From: Rhodoferax sp.
Lineage (GTDB): Bacteria > Pseudomonadota > Gammaproteobacteria > Burkholderiales > Burkholderiaceae_C
Assembly: GCF_018061265.1 (NCBI RefSeq)
Contig: NZ_JAGOUM010000003.1
Strand: one strand, 5' to 3'
DNA: 64,000 nucleotides
In this document: positions 32,181 through 42,181 of the stretch, in pieces
How the letters are laid out: every line of letters starts with the position of its first letter
How positions within the stretch are numbered: position 1 is the first letter of the stretch
Translations under genes and position numbers: made by a program
Notes under the pieces: generated by a model
Database searches by the model: none
The model's input: the letters and a program-made list of their open reading frames with translations, nothing else
Told to the model about the DNA's origin: nothing

Positions 32181-33285
32181 ATGGAAGCAGAACGTATCAA
32201 CGCCATTGGCAACTTGCTCACCGACCTGAGCGCCCGCGCCCAGGATTTACGGGGGTATCTTTGACTTCGATGCCAAGTTTGAGCGCCTGAGAACCGTCAA
32301 CGCCAGTCTGGAAGACCCCACGGTCTGGAACGATCCCAAACGCGCCCAGGAACTGGGCAAAGAAAAAAAGCTGCTCGACGGCGTGGTGGTCACCCTGACC
32401 GACCTGGCCCGTGACCTGAGTGACAACACCGAACTGTTCGAGATGAGCCGCGACGAGGACGACGAGGCCGGCCTGGTCACGCTCGAAGACGACGCCGCGC
32501 GGCTGGAGCTTATTGTCAAAGACCTCGAATTCCGCCGCATGTTCAACAACCCAGCCGATCCGCTGAACTGCTTTCTCGACATTCAGGCCGGTGCCGGTGG
32601 CACCGAAGCCTGCGACTGGGCCAGCATGCTGCTGCGCCAATACCTGCGCTATGCCGAACGCAAGGGCTTCAAAACCGAACTCGAAGACGAAACGCCCGGC
32701 GACACCGCGGGCATCAAAGGTGCGAGTATCAAGATCGAGGGTGAATACGCCTTTGGCCTGCTGCGCACCGAAACCGGCGTGCACCGGCTGGTTCGCAAAA
32801 GCCCGTTTGACTCGTCGGGCGGTCGCCACACCAGCTTCGCCAGCGTGTTTGTCTACCCTGAAATTGACGACTCGATCGAGATTGACATCAACCCGTCAGA
32901 CGTGCGGGTGGATACCTTTCGCGCCAGCGGCGCCGGTGGCCAGCACATCAACAAGACCGACTCGGCCGTGCGCCTGACGCACATCCCCACCGGCATCGTG
33001 GTGCAGTGCCAGGACGGACGCAGCCAGCACAGTAACCGCGACGTGGCCTGGAAACGCCTGCGTTCGCGTTTGTACGACTTTGAATTGCGCAAGCAGCAGG
33101 AGGCCCAGCAAAAGCTCGAAGACAGCAAGACCGACGTGGGCTGGGGCCACCAGATCCGCTCATATGTGCTGGACAACAGCCGCATCAAGGATTTGCGCAC
33201 CAACTACGAGACCTCGGCCACACAAAAAGTGCTCGATGGTGACCTCGACGCCTTCATCGAAGCCTCGCTGAAGCAGGGGGTGTGA
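32181..33285 (+). CDS. prfB: Peptide chain release factor 2 with programmed +1 frameshift
   Basis: ATG 32181; GGGGG-TAT-CTT-TGA-C site (CTT 32259-61, TGA 32262-64); +1 frame from 32263 contains SPF and GGQ. Confidence 0.97.
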
Positions 33286-34010
33286 TGTTGATAGATACAA
33301 GTTCAGGAGCTGCTAGCGCAGATGAGATAAGGGCTAAAGCCGTTTCTGGCATTATTTTTGACATGGACGGCACGATCATCGACTCGATGCCCAGCCATGC
33401 GCAGAGCTGGGTGGCATTCGTGCAAAACCACGGGATCGACATCGACGTGCCCGACCTGATGCGCCGCACCACCGGGCGCACCGGCGCCGAATGTATGCGC
33501 GAGCTATTCCAGCGCGACATGAGCGACGAAGAAGCCTGGCAGCACATTGCCGAAAAGGAGCAGCTCTACCGCGAGCTGTTTGCCCCCATCTTTGCCGAGG
33601 TGGCGGGCTTCAAGGCGTTTGCCGCCCAGACCCGTATGCGCGGGCTCAAAGTGGGCGTGGGCACGGCGGGCGACCGACACAACATTGCCTTTGCGCTTGG
33701 CCACCTGAAGCTGCCAACACCGCCCGACGCCGTCGCTGGCGGCGACGAAGGGCTGGCCGGCAAACCCGAACCGGCTATATTTTTTGAAGTCGCCCGACGC
33801 ATGAATGTGCCGCCTGAGCGCTGCATTGTGTTTGAAGACGCACCCTTTGGCATCGAAGCGGCAAGGCGAGCCGGAATGCGTGCCGTGGCCATTTGCACCA
33901 GCCACACACCTGAGCAACTGGCCGGACCCCATGTGCTGGCGGCTGCTCGCAATTACCATGAATTGCTCGAATCAAAATTTCTGGAGACCCTCGATGTTGC
34001 AACTGCTTGA
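33285..34010 (+). CDS. HAD-superfamily phosphatase (beta-phosphoglucomutase-like)
   Basis: IFDMDGT, GKPEP and FEDAPFGIEAA. Confidence 0.9.
   Translation: MLIDTSSGAASADEIRAKAVSGIIFDMDGTIIDSMPSHAQSWVAFVQNHGIDIDVPDLMRRTTGRTGAECMRELFQRDMSDEEAWQHIAEKEQLYRELFAPIFAEVAGFKAFAAQTRMRGLKVGVGTAGDRHNIAFALGHLKLPTPPDAVAGGDEGLAGKPEPAIFFEVARRMNVPPERCIVFEDAPFGIEAARRAGMRAVAICTSHTPEQLAGPHVLAAARNYHELLESKFLETLDVATA
33295..33355 (+). repeat. ~60-bp palindromic repeat, copy 8 (HAD gene N-terminus)
   Basis: GGAGCTGCTAGCGC-AGATGAGATAA-GGGCTAAAGCC-GTTTCTGGCATTA. Confidence 0.8.
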
Positions 34011-36696
34011 CGCCAACGGCCCCGCCACGGTGGTGCGCCGTGCCGACTACACGCCACCCGCATATTGGATCGACACGGTCGCGCTAACGTTTGACCTGGA
34101 CCCGGCCAAGACCCGGGTGCTCAACAAAATGACGCTGCGGCGCAACGCCGCTGTGCCTGCGCAGCCACTCAAGCTCGACGGCGACGAGCTCAACCTGGCG
34201 CGGGTGCTGGTCGACGGCGCGGGTTGCTCGTTCAAGATGGACGGCAAACAACTGGTGCTTGACAACCTGCCGATGGACGGCAGCTTTGAACTGGAGATTT
34301 TTACCACCTGCACGCCGATCAAAAACACCGCGCTCTCAGGGCTTTACGTCAGCAACGACTCGTTTTTTACCCAGTGCGAGGCGGAAGGATTTCGGCGCAT
34401 CACCTATTTTCTCGACCGACCGGATGTGATGGCCAGCTACAGCGTGCTGCTGCGGGCCGACCGAGACCGCTATCCGGTGCTCCTCTCCAACGGCAACCTG
34501 GTCGAACAGGGTTTGCTCGAGGACGGCCGACACTTTGCACGCTGGGTCGACCCCTTCAAGAAACCCAGCTATTTGTTTGCCCTGGTGGCCGGCAAGCTGG
34601 TGTGCCGCGAGCAACGCATCACCGCGCGCAACGGACGCGAGCATCTGCTGCAAATCTATGTGCGCGCGGGCGACATGGACAAGACCGAGCACGCCATGCA
34701 GTCGCTCATCAAGTCGGTGATCTGGGACGAGGCGCGCTTTGGGCTGCCGCTGGACCTGGAGCGTTTCATGATTGTGGCCACCAGCGACTTTAATATGGGC
34801 GCCATGGAAAACAAGGGCCTCAACATCTTCAACACCAAATACGTGCTGGCGAATCAGGCCACCGCCACCGATGTGGACTTTGCCAACATCGAGTCGGTGG
34901 TGGGCCACGAGTATTTCCACAACTGGACAGGCAACCGCATCACCTGTCGCGACTGGTTCCAGCTCAGTCTGAAAGAAGGGTTGACGGTATTCCGCGACCA
35001 GGAGTTCAGCATGGACCTGTGCGCGGTCCCATCGGCGCGCGCCGTCAAACGCATTGAGGACGTGCGCGTGCTGCGCATCAACCAGTTCCCCGAAGACGCT
35101 GGCCCCATGGCGCATCCGGTACGGCCCGACAGCTACATCGAGATCAATAACTTCTACACCGTCACCATCTACGAGAAAGGGGCCGAGGTGGTGCGCATGA
35201 TGCAAACACTGGTGGGACGCACCGGTTTTGCCAAAGGCATGACGCTGTATTTTGAGCGTTTTGACGGCCAGGCCGTGACTTGTGATGACTTTGCCCAAGC
35301 CATTGCCGATGCCAACCCAGAGTCGGCACTGGCCCGGTTGCTGCCCCAGTTCAAGCGTTGGTACAGTCAGGCCGGCACGCCCCGGGTGACCGTCACCAGT
35401 CAATACGACGCCCAGGCACAGACCTGCACCCTGAACTTCAGCCAGAGCTGTGCCGCAACGCCTGGACAGGAAACCAAAGAGCCGTTTGTGATCCCGATCC
35501 TTCTCGGTCTGGTCGGCCAAGGCGGACAGTCGCTGAGCTTGCGGCCAAGCGGGGGCGCTGACATCGCTGGCCACAGCCATTTGTTTGTGATGACGCAAGC
35601 CAGTGAGTCCATCACCTTTGAAGGGGTGGCCGAAGAGCCCGTGCCCTCGGTGCTGCGCGGGTTTAGCGCGCCCGTGCTGCTTGACGCCCAATGGACCGAC
35701 ACACAGTTGCTGACCCTGCTGGCGCACGACCCCGACCCGTTCAACCGCTGGGAGGCGGGCCAACAACTGTTGTTGCGTTGCGCTATTTCATTGATAGCTT
35801 CAAGCGCTGGATGCTCAAGCGCACAGGGGCTCAATGATGCAACAATCTCGGCCATGCGGTCAGTATTACGCCACCCAACGCTGGATGCCGCGTTTAAAGA
35901 CCTCGTGCTGACTCTGCCGTCCGAGAGCTACATGGCAGAGCAGCAAAGCAGCGTCGACCCGCAGCGCATCCACACCGTGCGCGAGGCACTTCGCGAGCAA
36001 CTCGCCAGTGCCCTGGCACCTGACTGGGCCTGGGCCTACGAAGCGCATAAAGACAACGGTGCCTACACTCCTGACACCGTGTCGAGTGGCCGACGTGCCC
36101 TGGCCGGCCAAGCGCTGCACTACCTGTGCATTGACGCCCGGCGCAGTGGCGACGCGGTCTGGCCCGGCAAGGCTTACCAGCGGGTGAAAGACGCGGACAA
36201 CATGACCGAACGACTCAGTGCGCTGTCCGCGCTGGTGCAAAGCGGCCATGAGCTGGCCAAGCCCGCACTGGCCCACTTTCACCGCTTGTTCAAGGGCGAA
36301 GAACTGGTGCTTGACAAATGGTTTGCGCTGCAAGCTTTGGCAAGCGACCGCGCGGGCCAGGTGCTGCCCGCTGTGCGCACGCTGATGAAGCACCCCGACT
36401 TCAACCTGAAAAATCCCAACCGTGCACGCAGCCTGATCTTCAGCTTCTGCAATGCCAACCCGGGCGGCTTTCACCGCGCCGACGCCGCCGGTTATGTGTT
36501 CTGGAGCGAACAAGTGCTCGAACTCGACGCAATCAATCCGCAGGTCGCGGCACGACTGGCACGCGCCATGGACCGCTGGAAAAAGCTCACCGAGCCCTAC
36601 CAAAGCGCTGCCCGCGAGGCGCTGAGCCGCGTTGCGGCAAAGCCGGACCTGAGCAACGATGTGCGCGAGGTGATCAGCCGCACATTGGCCGATTGA
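33994..36696 (+). CDS. pepN: Aminopeptidase N
   Basis: GAMENKGLN and HEYFHNWTGNRITCRDWFQLSLKEG; start reassigned to ATG 33994. Confidence 0.96.
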   Translation: MLQLLDANGPATVVRRADYTPPAYWIDTVALTFDLDPAKTRVLNKMTLRRNAAVPAQPLKLDGDELNLARVLVDGAGCSFKMDGKQLVLDNLPMDGSFELEIFTTCTPIKNTALSGLYVSNDSFFTQCEAEGFRRITYFLDRPDVMASYSVLLRADRDRYPVLLSNGNLVEQGLLEDGRHFARWVDPFKKPSYLFALVAGKLVCREQRITARNGREHLLQIYVRAGDMDKTEHAMQSLIKSVIWDEARFGLPLDLERFMIVATSDFNMGAMENKGLNIFNTKYVLANQATATDVDFANIESVVGHEYFHNWTGNRITCRDWFQLSLKEGLTVFRDQEFSMDLCAVPSARAVKRIEDVRVLRINQFPEDAGPMAHPVRPDSYIEINNFYTVTIYEKGAEVVRMMQTLVGRTGFAKGMTLYFERFDGQAVTCDDFAQAIADANPESALARLLPQFKRWYSQAGTPRVTVTSQYDAQAQTCTLNFSQSCAATPGQETKEPFVIPILLGLVGQGGQSLSLRPSGGADIAGHSHLFVMTQASESITFEGVAEEPVPSVLRGFSAPVLLDAQWTDTQLLTLLAHDPDPFNRWEAGQQLLLRCAISLIASSAGCSSAQGLNDATISAMRSVLRHPTLDAAFKDLVLTLPSESYMAEQQSSVDPQRIHTVREALREQLASALAPDWAWAYEAHKDNGAYTPDTVSSGRRALAGQALHYLCIDARRSGDAVWPGKAYQRVKDADNMTERLSALSALVQSGHELAKPALAHFHRLFKGEELVLDKWFALQALASDRAGQVLPAVRTLMKHPDFNLKNPNRARSLIFSFCNANPGGFHRADAAGYVFWSEQVLELDAINPQVAARLARAMDRWKKLTEPYQSAAREALSRVAAKPDLSNDVREVISRTLAD
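35783..35843 (+). repeat. ~60-bp palindromic repeat, copy 9 (inside pepN)
   Basis: CTATTTCATTG-ATAGCTTCAAGCGC-TGGATGCTCAA-GCGCACAGGGG-CTCAATGATGCAA. Confidence 0.7.
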
Positions 36697-36719
36697 TCTG
36701 TTAACGCTGGAGTTTTCTC

Positions 36720-37733
36720 ATGAAAAAAACCTATCTCACGCGCTACCTCGTCGAGCAGGAGCGCAACCATGGCCATGTGCCGCCGGGTCTGCGACTGCTG
36801 CTGGAAGTGGTGGCGCGCGCCTGCAAACGCATCAGCCTGGCGGTCAACAAGGGGGCACTGGGCGATGTCATGGGCAGCGCCGACAGTGCCAACGTGCAAG
36901 GCGAAATCCAAAAACGGCTGGACATCATCGCCAACGAGGTGCTGATCGAGGCCAACGAATGGGGTGGCCACCTGGCGGCCATGGCCAGCGAGGAGATGGA
37001 AGGTATCCATGTGGTGCCTAACCGCTACCCGCAGGGAGAATACCTGCTGCTGTTTGACCCGCTGGATGGCTCCAGCAATATCGATGTCAATGTCAGTATT
37101 GGCACCATATTCAGCGTGCTGGTCAAGCCCGAAGGTGCGGGTGTCTCGGAGCAGGACTTTTTGCAGGCCGGTGCCAAACAGGTTGCTGCCGGTTACTGCG
37201 TGTTTGGCCCGCAGACCACGCTGGTGTTGACCGTGGGTGATGGTGTGTCGGTGTTTACGCTGGACCGCGAGCAAGGCTCGTTTGTGCTGACGCAAGAGCA
37301 CCTGCGCATCCCTGAAGACACCAAAGAATTTGCCGTGAACATGAGCAACCAGCGGCACTGGGCCGAACCAGTGCAGCGCTACATCAACGAGTGTCTGCAG
37401 GGGCGAGACGGCCCGCGTGGCAAAGACTTCAATATGCGTTGGGTGGGCAGCATGGTGGCCGATGTGCACCGCATCCTGACACGCGGCGGTATTTTTATGT
37501 ACCCCTGGGACAAACGCGAACCTGAGAAGCCGGGCAAGTTGCGCCTGATGTACGAGGCCAATCCAATGAGCTGGCTGATCGAACAGGCCGGTGGTGCCGC
37601 CACCGACGGCCAACAGCGCATCATGGACATCACCCCCAGCGCCCTGCACGCTCGGGTGAGTGTCTTTATGGGCTCCAGGAACGAAGTGGAACGAGTAACT
37701 GGATATCACCTCAGCGAGGCTGGCCAAGCATGA
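36720..37733 (+). CDS. fbp: Fructose-1,6-bisphosphatase class 1
   Basis: [17 protein letters not shown] and [11 protein letters not shown]. Confidence 0.96.
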   Translation: MKKTYLTRYLVEQERNHGHVPPGLRLLLEVVARACKRISLAVNKGALGDVMGSADSANVQGEIQKRLDIIANEVLIEANEWGGHLAAMASEEMEGIHVVPNRYPQGEYLLLFDPLDGSSNIDVNVSIGTIFSVLVKPEGAGVSEQDFLQAGAKQVAAGYCVFGPQTTLVLTVGDGVSVFTLDREQGSFVLTQEHLRIPEDTKEFAVNMSNQRHWAEPVQRYINECLQGRDGPRGKDFNMRWVGSMVADVHRILTRGGIFMYPWDKREPEKPGKLRLMYEANPMSWLIEQAGGAATDGQQRIMDITPSALHARVSVFMGSRNEVERVTGYHLSEAGQA

Positions 37734-37762
37734 CCGGCTAGCTATAATATTCGGCTAACAAC

Positions 37763-37838
37763 GCCGGTGTAGCTCAGTCGGTAGAGCAGCTCATTCGTAA
37801 TGAGAAGGTCGGGTGTTCGATTCATCTCTCCGGCACCA
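37763..37838 (+). tRNA. tRNA-Thr(CGT)
   Basis: 76-nt cloverleaf GCCGGTG...CGT anticodon...TTCGA...CCA; TATAAT at 37743-37748 upstream. Confidence 0.96.
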
Positions 37839-37848
37839 ATACAGATAA

Positions 37849-37890
37849 GGGTTTGCTGTTATGAAAGTAATAGCAAACCCTCTCTTTTTG
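37849..37890 (+). terminator. Hairpin plus T-tract after tRNA-Thr
   Basis: GGGTTTGCTGTTA...TAATAGCAAACCC followed by TCTCTTTTT. Confidence 0.6.
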
Positions 37891-38468
37891 GTCACGATGT
37901 AACGGCGGATGTAACAGTGTTTATTCAACCTTCGCCGCGACCGGCGGTTCGCCGCAAATCGTGACCTCCAAATATCTCCAGCAACCCGCATGTCGGCCCC
38001 ATAGTAGGCGCGCAGCGCCTGCATGACCCCTGCCCAGCCCTGCGTGGTTCTGGGGCCTTTTGAAGGGTGGGGCGGACGGGCAAGCTGCGGAGACCCTGTT
38101 GGTGGATGAAGTTTGCGCTAGTCGAGTATTCAACCCTGTCGTCGGAACCTCTCGCCATCAAGCGACAGTCGTCACCCTGACCGCTTCCCTCAGTTTCCAA
38201 TTCAAAATTCGGCAACACGCCCTGGCTCAATTTTGAATCGGCGCTGACAGTTCAGTGGCAAACAGAGGGTGCGATCGGTTGGATGGCGATGCGTCAACGG
38301 CGAAGTCATATTTCTGCGACCCAGACCGAACCAAGCGCCGAACCTTCAACCGAAGCATCAAATCAAAAACAACGTCAATGTGGTATCGCTTTGGAAAAAA
38401 GAAGAGTACGATGAGCGGCCCAAAAAGACGAAACCCCCAAGCATTTTCACACTTGGGGGTCCAATTTT

Positions 38469-38515
38469 TTGGCTCCTCGACCTGGGCTCGAACCAGGGAC
38501 CTACGGATTAACAGT
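38469..38515 (-). repeat. att site: 47-bp duplicate of the tRNA-Asn 3' end
   Basis: TTGGCTCCTCGACCTGGGCTCGAACCAGGGACCTACGGATTAACAGT is identical to 54764-54810; the 5' part of the tRNA is absent. Confidence 0.93.
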
Positions 38516-38802
38516 AGAAGTCACCCTGGTTTTTGAGGGTCGTAAGTTGAAGATTCGTAACAGTTTTCGGCTGGTGGATGCTCATGTTTTTTCGATACCG
38601 AACCACCGACCGAACCGGGGGCGCTTATGGTGGCTGCGACGGCTGAAAAAGTCGATCTGGGTCAAGGAGTTACCGCGATGTGGCGTCGAACTGGTGGAAA
38701 CCGAACCGGGTGACCGAACGGGACCGAACTGATTTCACCCCTCAAACAACTTCGATATTTGCATCTGAAACTAATCATTTGAAAATTGATAGATTTGACC
38801 TT

Positions 38803-39414
38803 TCAGTTGATATTCGATTCGCCAAATATAATATTTCTTTTTTCCAAAAAATATCCAATTCTGCAATATAGTATTAAAAGCACAAGTATGGCAGAAGAGT
38901 AAATTACGTCATGTGGTAGAAATGGCATCAAAGAAACTGAAACAAAAAACATGAAATACAATTCATGATTTTTTATGAGCAAGCAATACTTATTTTTAAC
39001 AGTTGCAGCAAAAGATATAATTAAAGGAATCTGAGATGCCAACAATAATATAAATGTGTTAACTAGAAAAAAATACATAATTGGACCAATGTTTATTCTT
39101 GTTTGTTTTAGACTGACGGGTAAGAAATCTCTATAAAATTCAAAAATAACAGTGTTTACTAACACAGAATATACGACAGAGAAAACGGCAAATAGATTGC
39201 AAAAAAGAAAAACTTTAGGCAAACTCTTTAAATTATTACTTGCAGTCAAAATTATCCAGAATATGTTACAAAAAATTATGGTTGCAAAAATGGTGGCGCC
39301 AATAAAAACAACAGGGACTTTGAATTCATCTGTACTATCTATGAATTCAGTTTTATCAAAAATGAATATAAAGATTTCACAAAAAGTGAGATAAATACTA
39401 TCGATTAAATTCAT
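38803..39414 (-). CDS. AT-rich multi-pass membrane protein of unknown function
   Basis: 203-aa ORF with several hydrophobic segments, in a very AT-rich patch. Confidence 0.65.
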   Translation of the reverse strand: MNLIDSIYLTFCEIFIFIFDKTEFIDSTDEFKVPVVFIGATIFATIIFCNIFWIILTASNNLKSLPKVFLFCNLFAVFSVVYSVLVNTVIFEFYRDFLPVSLKQTRINIGPIMYFFLVNTFILLLASQIPLIISFAATVKNKYCLLIKNHELYFMFFVSVSLMPFLPHDVIYSSAILVLLILYCRIGYFLEKRNIIFGESNIN

Positions 39415-39893
39415 TCTTTACTTTCTATTAATATAATAAATGTCTATTATAAAATTTCAATCTCAAGATTAAATTCGCCAGTGCCCAGCTAGTCAGCTTC
39501 AGACACGCTGTTAAGATGAAGGTTCGGGGGAAGTTGCATTTCTGTTGCATTACCTAAATGATTGTTAGGCAGACCCAAGAGAACAGTTGATGCACCCCAA
39601 AATTGGTGGATCGCCTGTAGTTGCGGGAGTTTAATTAATGGGCAGGGTCAAATTGCACAGAGATGCTCCAGAGTGGTTGGGCTCAATGATAGGTGGCAGA
39701 TCATTTGGAAAAATTCATCGCCACTGCTGCCCCACCACCGTCCCGCAAATTTGCCCCTAGAGCACCCGCCGCGCCACCGGATGGGGGTCGCCATGCCCCA
39801 CCCCGAAGCGCTGCAGAGGTGCCCACTATGGCCCAACGCGGAGCAGACCCCCACGGGTCGCACCCCGAGCGCCGCCAGTTTACGCCGCCACGT

Positions 39894-41120
39894 CTACGCC
39901 GCAACCGCCGCCGAGTCATTGGTCGCCGCCATCGGCATATTGACGTTGCTCGTCAACGGCATCCCCCTCTGAATCGCCAGCGAAGCAGAGTTAGCAGCCT
40001 CCTGCATCGACTTGCTACTCAAATGTGAGTACCGCATGCTCACCTTAGGGTCGCTGTGGCCAAGACAGGCTTGCACTTCATAGAGGGTTCGGCCTGAGTT
40101 GACCAGAAAGCTCGCATACATATGCCTGAGGTCGTGAATCCGCAGGAACGGCAACCCTGCTTTTATCCGCAACCGTGACCACACTTTCATGATCGTGGTG
40201 TACGGCTTGCCGGTCTGGCGGTTCACAAACAGATGCTCAAACTGGCCTTCAGTATCCAGCTCCGCCAGTACCTCCAGTGCAGAGTCATTCAAGGGCACCA
40301 CCCGAATCTTGCGGGACTTGGAGACCGTGGCCGGAATGCGCCACACCCTGGTTACCTTATCAATGTCCGCATGCTTGGCGCTCAAAACCTCATTTAGCCT
40401 CGCGCCGGTGCTCAGTAAGTAGTAGCAGATCAGGCTTGCGTTTCGTGGGCTATTCGGGTCACGCAGCACGGTCAGCAACCGCCCAAGCTGTTCGTCGTTG
40501 AGGTAATGCTCTACCTTGTTATCGACATTGAAAAGCGGCACCTTGGCAGCGGGATTCTTGTCCAGCATGTCCCACTCGATGGCCAAATTGAGGCTCTGAC
40601 GCAAGAGCTTGACGTGATGGTCAGCGCTGGCTGGCGACAGGCCTTCCGCCAATAGCGCCGTGTGGAACGTCTGGATCTCTTGGCGCGTGATGGCATCAAG
40701 CTTCTTGTCACCAAACACCTTCTTGATGCGCAAGCGGTACAGCTCTTCGTCACGCTTCCAGGAACGCTTGCGGGGGGTCACGTAAGGCAGATAGTGGTCG
40801 GTGAAAAAATCGTCGTAGGTCAGCATCACTTTCTTCGGTTCACCCTTGGGGTCTATGCCCCGGGCAATGTCGCCTTTGATCACCTTAGCGTGCTTGCGCG
40901 CATCCGCAAGGGTAATCTCAGCAGCAGAGCCAATCCGCTTGTGGCATGTCTTGCCAGAGGTGTCTTTGTAACGTAGGTAGTAGGAGCCTTGGCCCGGAGC
41001 TGTTGCGCGCACTTCAATATACAGGCCCGGAAGATCTGCATCGCAGAGTTCCTGGCGGTTGATTCCAGCCGGGCATTGCAGCACCTGCGGGAACATCGAT
41101 TGGGTCAGTTTCAAAATCAT
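39894..41120 (-). CDS. Tyrosine recombinase/integrase with N-terminal arm-binding domain
   Basis: TGARLNE (R), SKSRK (K), IHDLRH, LGH and MRY catalytic residues. Confidence 0.94.
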   Translation of the reverse strand: MILKLTQSMFPQVLQCPAGINRQELCDADLPGLYIEVRATAPGQGSYYLRYKDTSGKTCHKRIGSAAEITLADARKHAKVIKGDIARGIDPKGEPKKVMLTYDDFFTDHYLPYVTPRKRSWKRDEELYRLRIKKVFGDKKLDAITRQEIQTFHTALLAEGLSPASADHHVKLLRQSLNLAIEWDMLDKNPAAKVPLFNVDNKVEHYLNDEQLGRLLTVLRDPNSPRNASLICYYLLSTGARLNEVLSAKHADIDKVTRVWRIPATVSKSRKIRVVPLNDSALEVLAELDTEGQFEHLFVNRQTGKPYTTIMKVWSRLRIKAGLPFLRIHDLRHMYASFLVNSGRTLYEVQACLGHSDPKVSMRYSHLSSKSMQEAANSASLAIQRGMPLTSNVNMPMAATNDSAAVAA

Positions 41121-41209
41121 GGTGGTTTCCTTTTTGGTAGACGGCAACCACAGCCCCGATCGGAGCAATGGCTGCCAAGTCTTTGGCTAGAGGTGGGTAT
41201 TTCTGATCC

Positions 41210-41440
41210 TTAACAATAGTCACAGTCCGAGCAATCAAGCTTGCCGTCTATGAAGATGTCGCCAGGGTGGCATCCGCGAAGGTTTTCAAATTCCACAGTC
41301 GAGATGTGACTGCCGTCATCAAGGATGTAGCCACCCTCAGGCGACGTGGTCAGATCAATCGTCCGATAGTAGAAGTCGGTCGGATCCGTGAAGTAAGTGT
41401 GCGTCAAGTCATCTGAACGCGATGCGTTAGTAAATTGCAT
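41210..41440 (-). CDS. Small acidic hypothetical protein
   Basis: ATG preceded by GGAAACCACA; C-terminal CSDCDYC. Confidence 0.5.
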   Translation of the reverse strand: MQFTNASRSDDLTHTYFTDPTDFYYRTIDLTTSPEGGYILDDGSHISTVEFENLRGCHPGDIFIDGKLDCSDCDYC

Positions 41441-41715
41441 TGTGGTTTCCAAATAAAAATTCATGCGTGACATGCCGGAACTCCGGAGAGCCCGACGTTA
41501 GGTTTGGCCAGATCCATCGAGGCCAGACTGGCAAGCCTCCAAGCTTGCAGCGGTGATCGCTTTTGGCATCGAGCAGGTTGAGAGGCGGTGTATCCACAGC
41601 GACGAGGTCTCATGGGTTACCACGCCTTGAAATCGCATGGACTGGGTAAGTTTTGAAACCAGCATCGCAGGTTCCCCCAAGATGAATGAGGGTGGTAGTT
41701 CAGGTCGATTGGCTC

Positions 41716-42081
41716 TCACTGGCAAACCTTGAACGAGCAAACCGTTGGGTCGATACCCGGCTTGGGGCTGTAAAGCTTGTTGTTGGCGCTTGGCTTGTTG
41801 GCGTAAACCAGCGGAACCAAAGCACCATCAACGAGATACGACAGACAGACGCCCACGCCCCGTCGGAAGCTGTCGGACATACCGTCCCAGACAGCAGGCT
41901 CAAACAGGTGCTCGGTCTTGTACTTGACGCCATGCTCCATCCCGCCCAAACCCTGATTCAAGGCCTGAACGATCAAGATGAACAACTGTTTTGGCGAAAG
42001 CGCCGCGTTTTCAGCAAGGGCACGCGCACGCTCAAACCGTGATGAACGTCGAAATGCCTCGAAAGAAAGTTTGATTTCCAT
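41716..42081 (-). CDS. Hypothetical protein, DUF1413-like (paralogue 1 of 3)
   Basis: YKTEHLFEPAVW-x13-CLSYL; RBS AGGAA upstream. DUF1413 resemblance is from recall. Confidence 0.65.
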   Translation of the reverse strand: MEIKLSFEAFRRSSRFERARALAENAALSPKQLFILIVQALNQGLGGMEHGVKYKTEHLFEPAVWDGMSDSFRRGVGVCLSYLVDGALVPLVYANKPSANNKLYSPKPGIDPTVCSFKVCQ

Positions 42082-42181
42082 TTGGTTCCTTCAATGAAAA
42101 ATAAGGTGTAGATTTTTTGGGTCGAATGAATCGCGGGGGCATGACCAGCCCATTGGTGCGCACTGGTCATGCCTTTTGCCG

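Noticed and set aside
34336-35766. 476-aa antisense ORF, and similar long ORFs at 36597-37727, 48452-49777, 11099-12031 and 8264-9190
   Set aside because: Shadow frames opposite well-supported genes in GC-rich DNA, with no recognisable motifs.
38469-38515. Second tRNA-Asn gene
   Set aside because: Only the 3' 47 nt are present; similarity stops in the anticodon stem, so it is an att duplicate.
38597-38730. CRISPR-like array from the ACCGAAC repeats or the 62484-62690 repeats
   Set aside because: Units are too short, irregularly spaced or mixed in orientation, and no cas genes are present.
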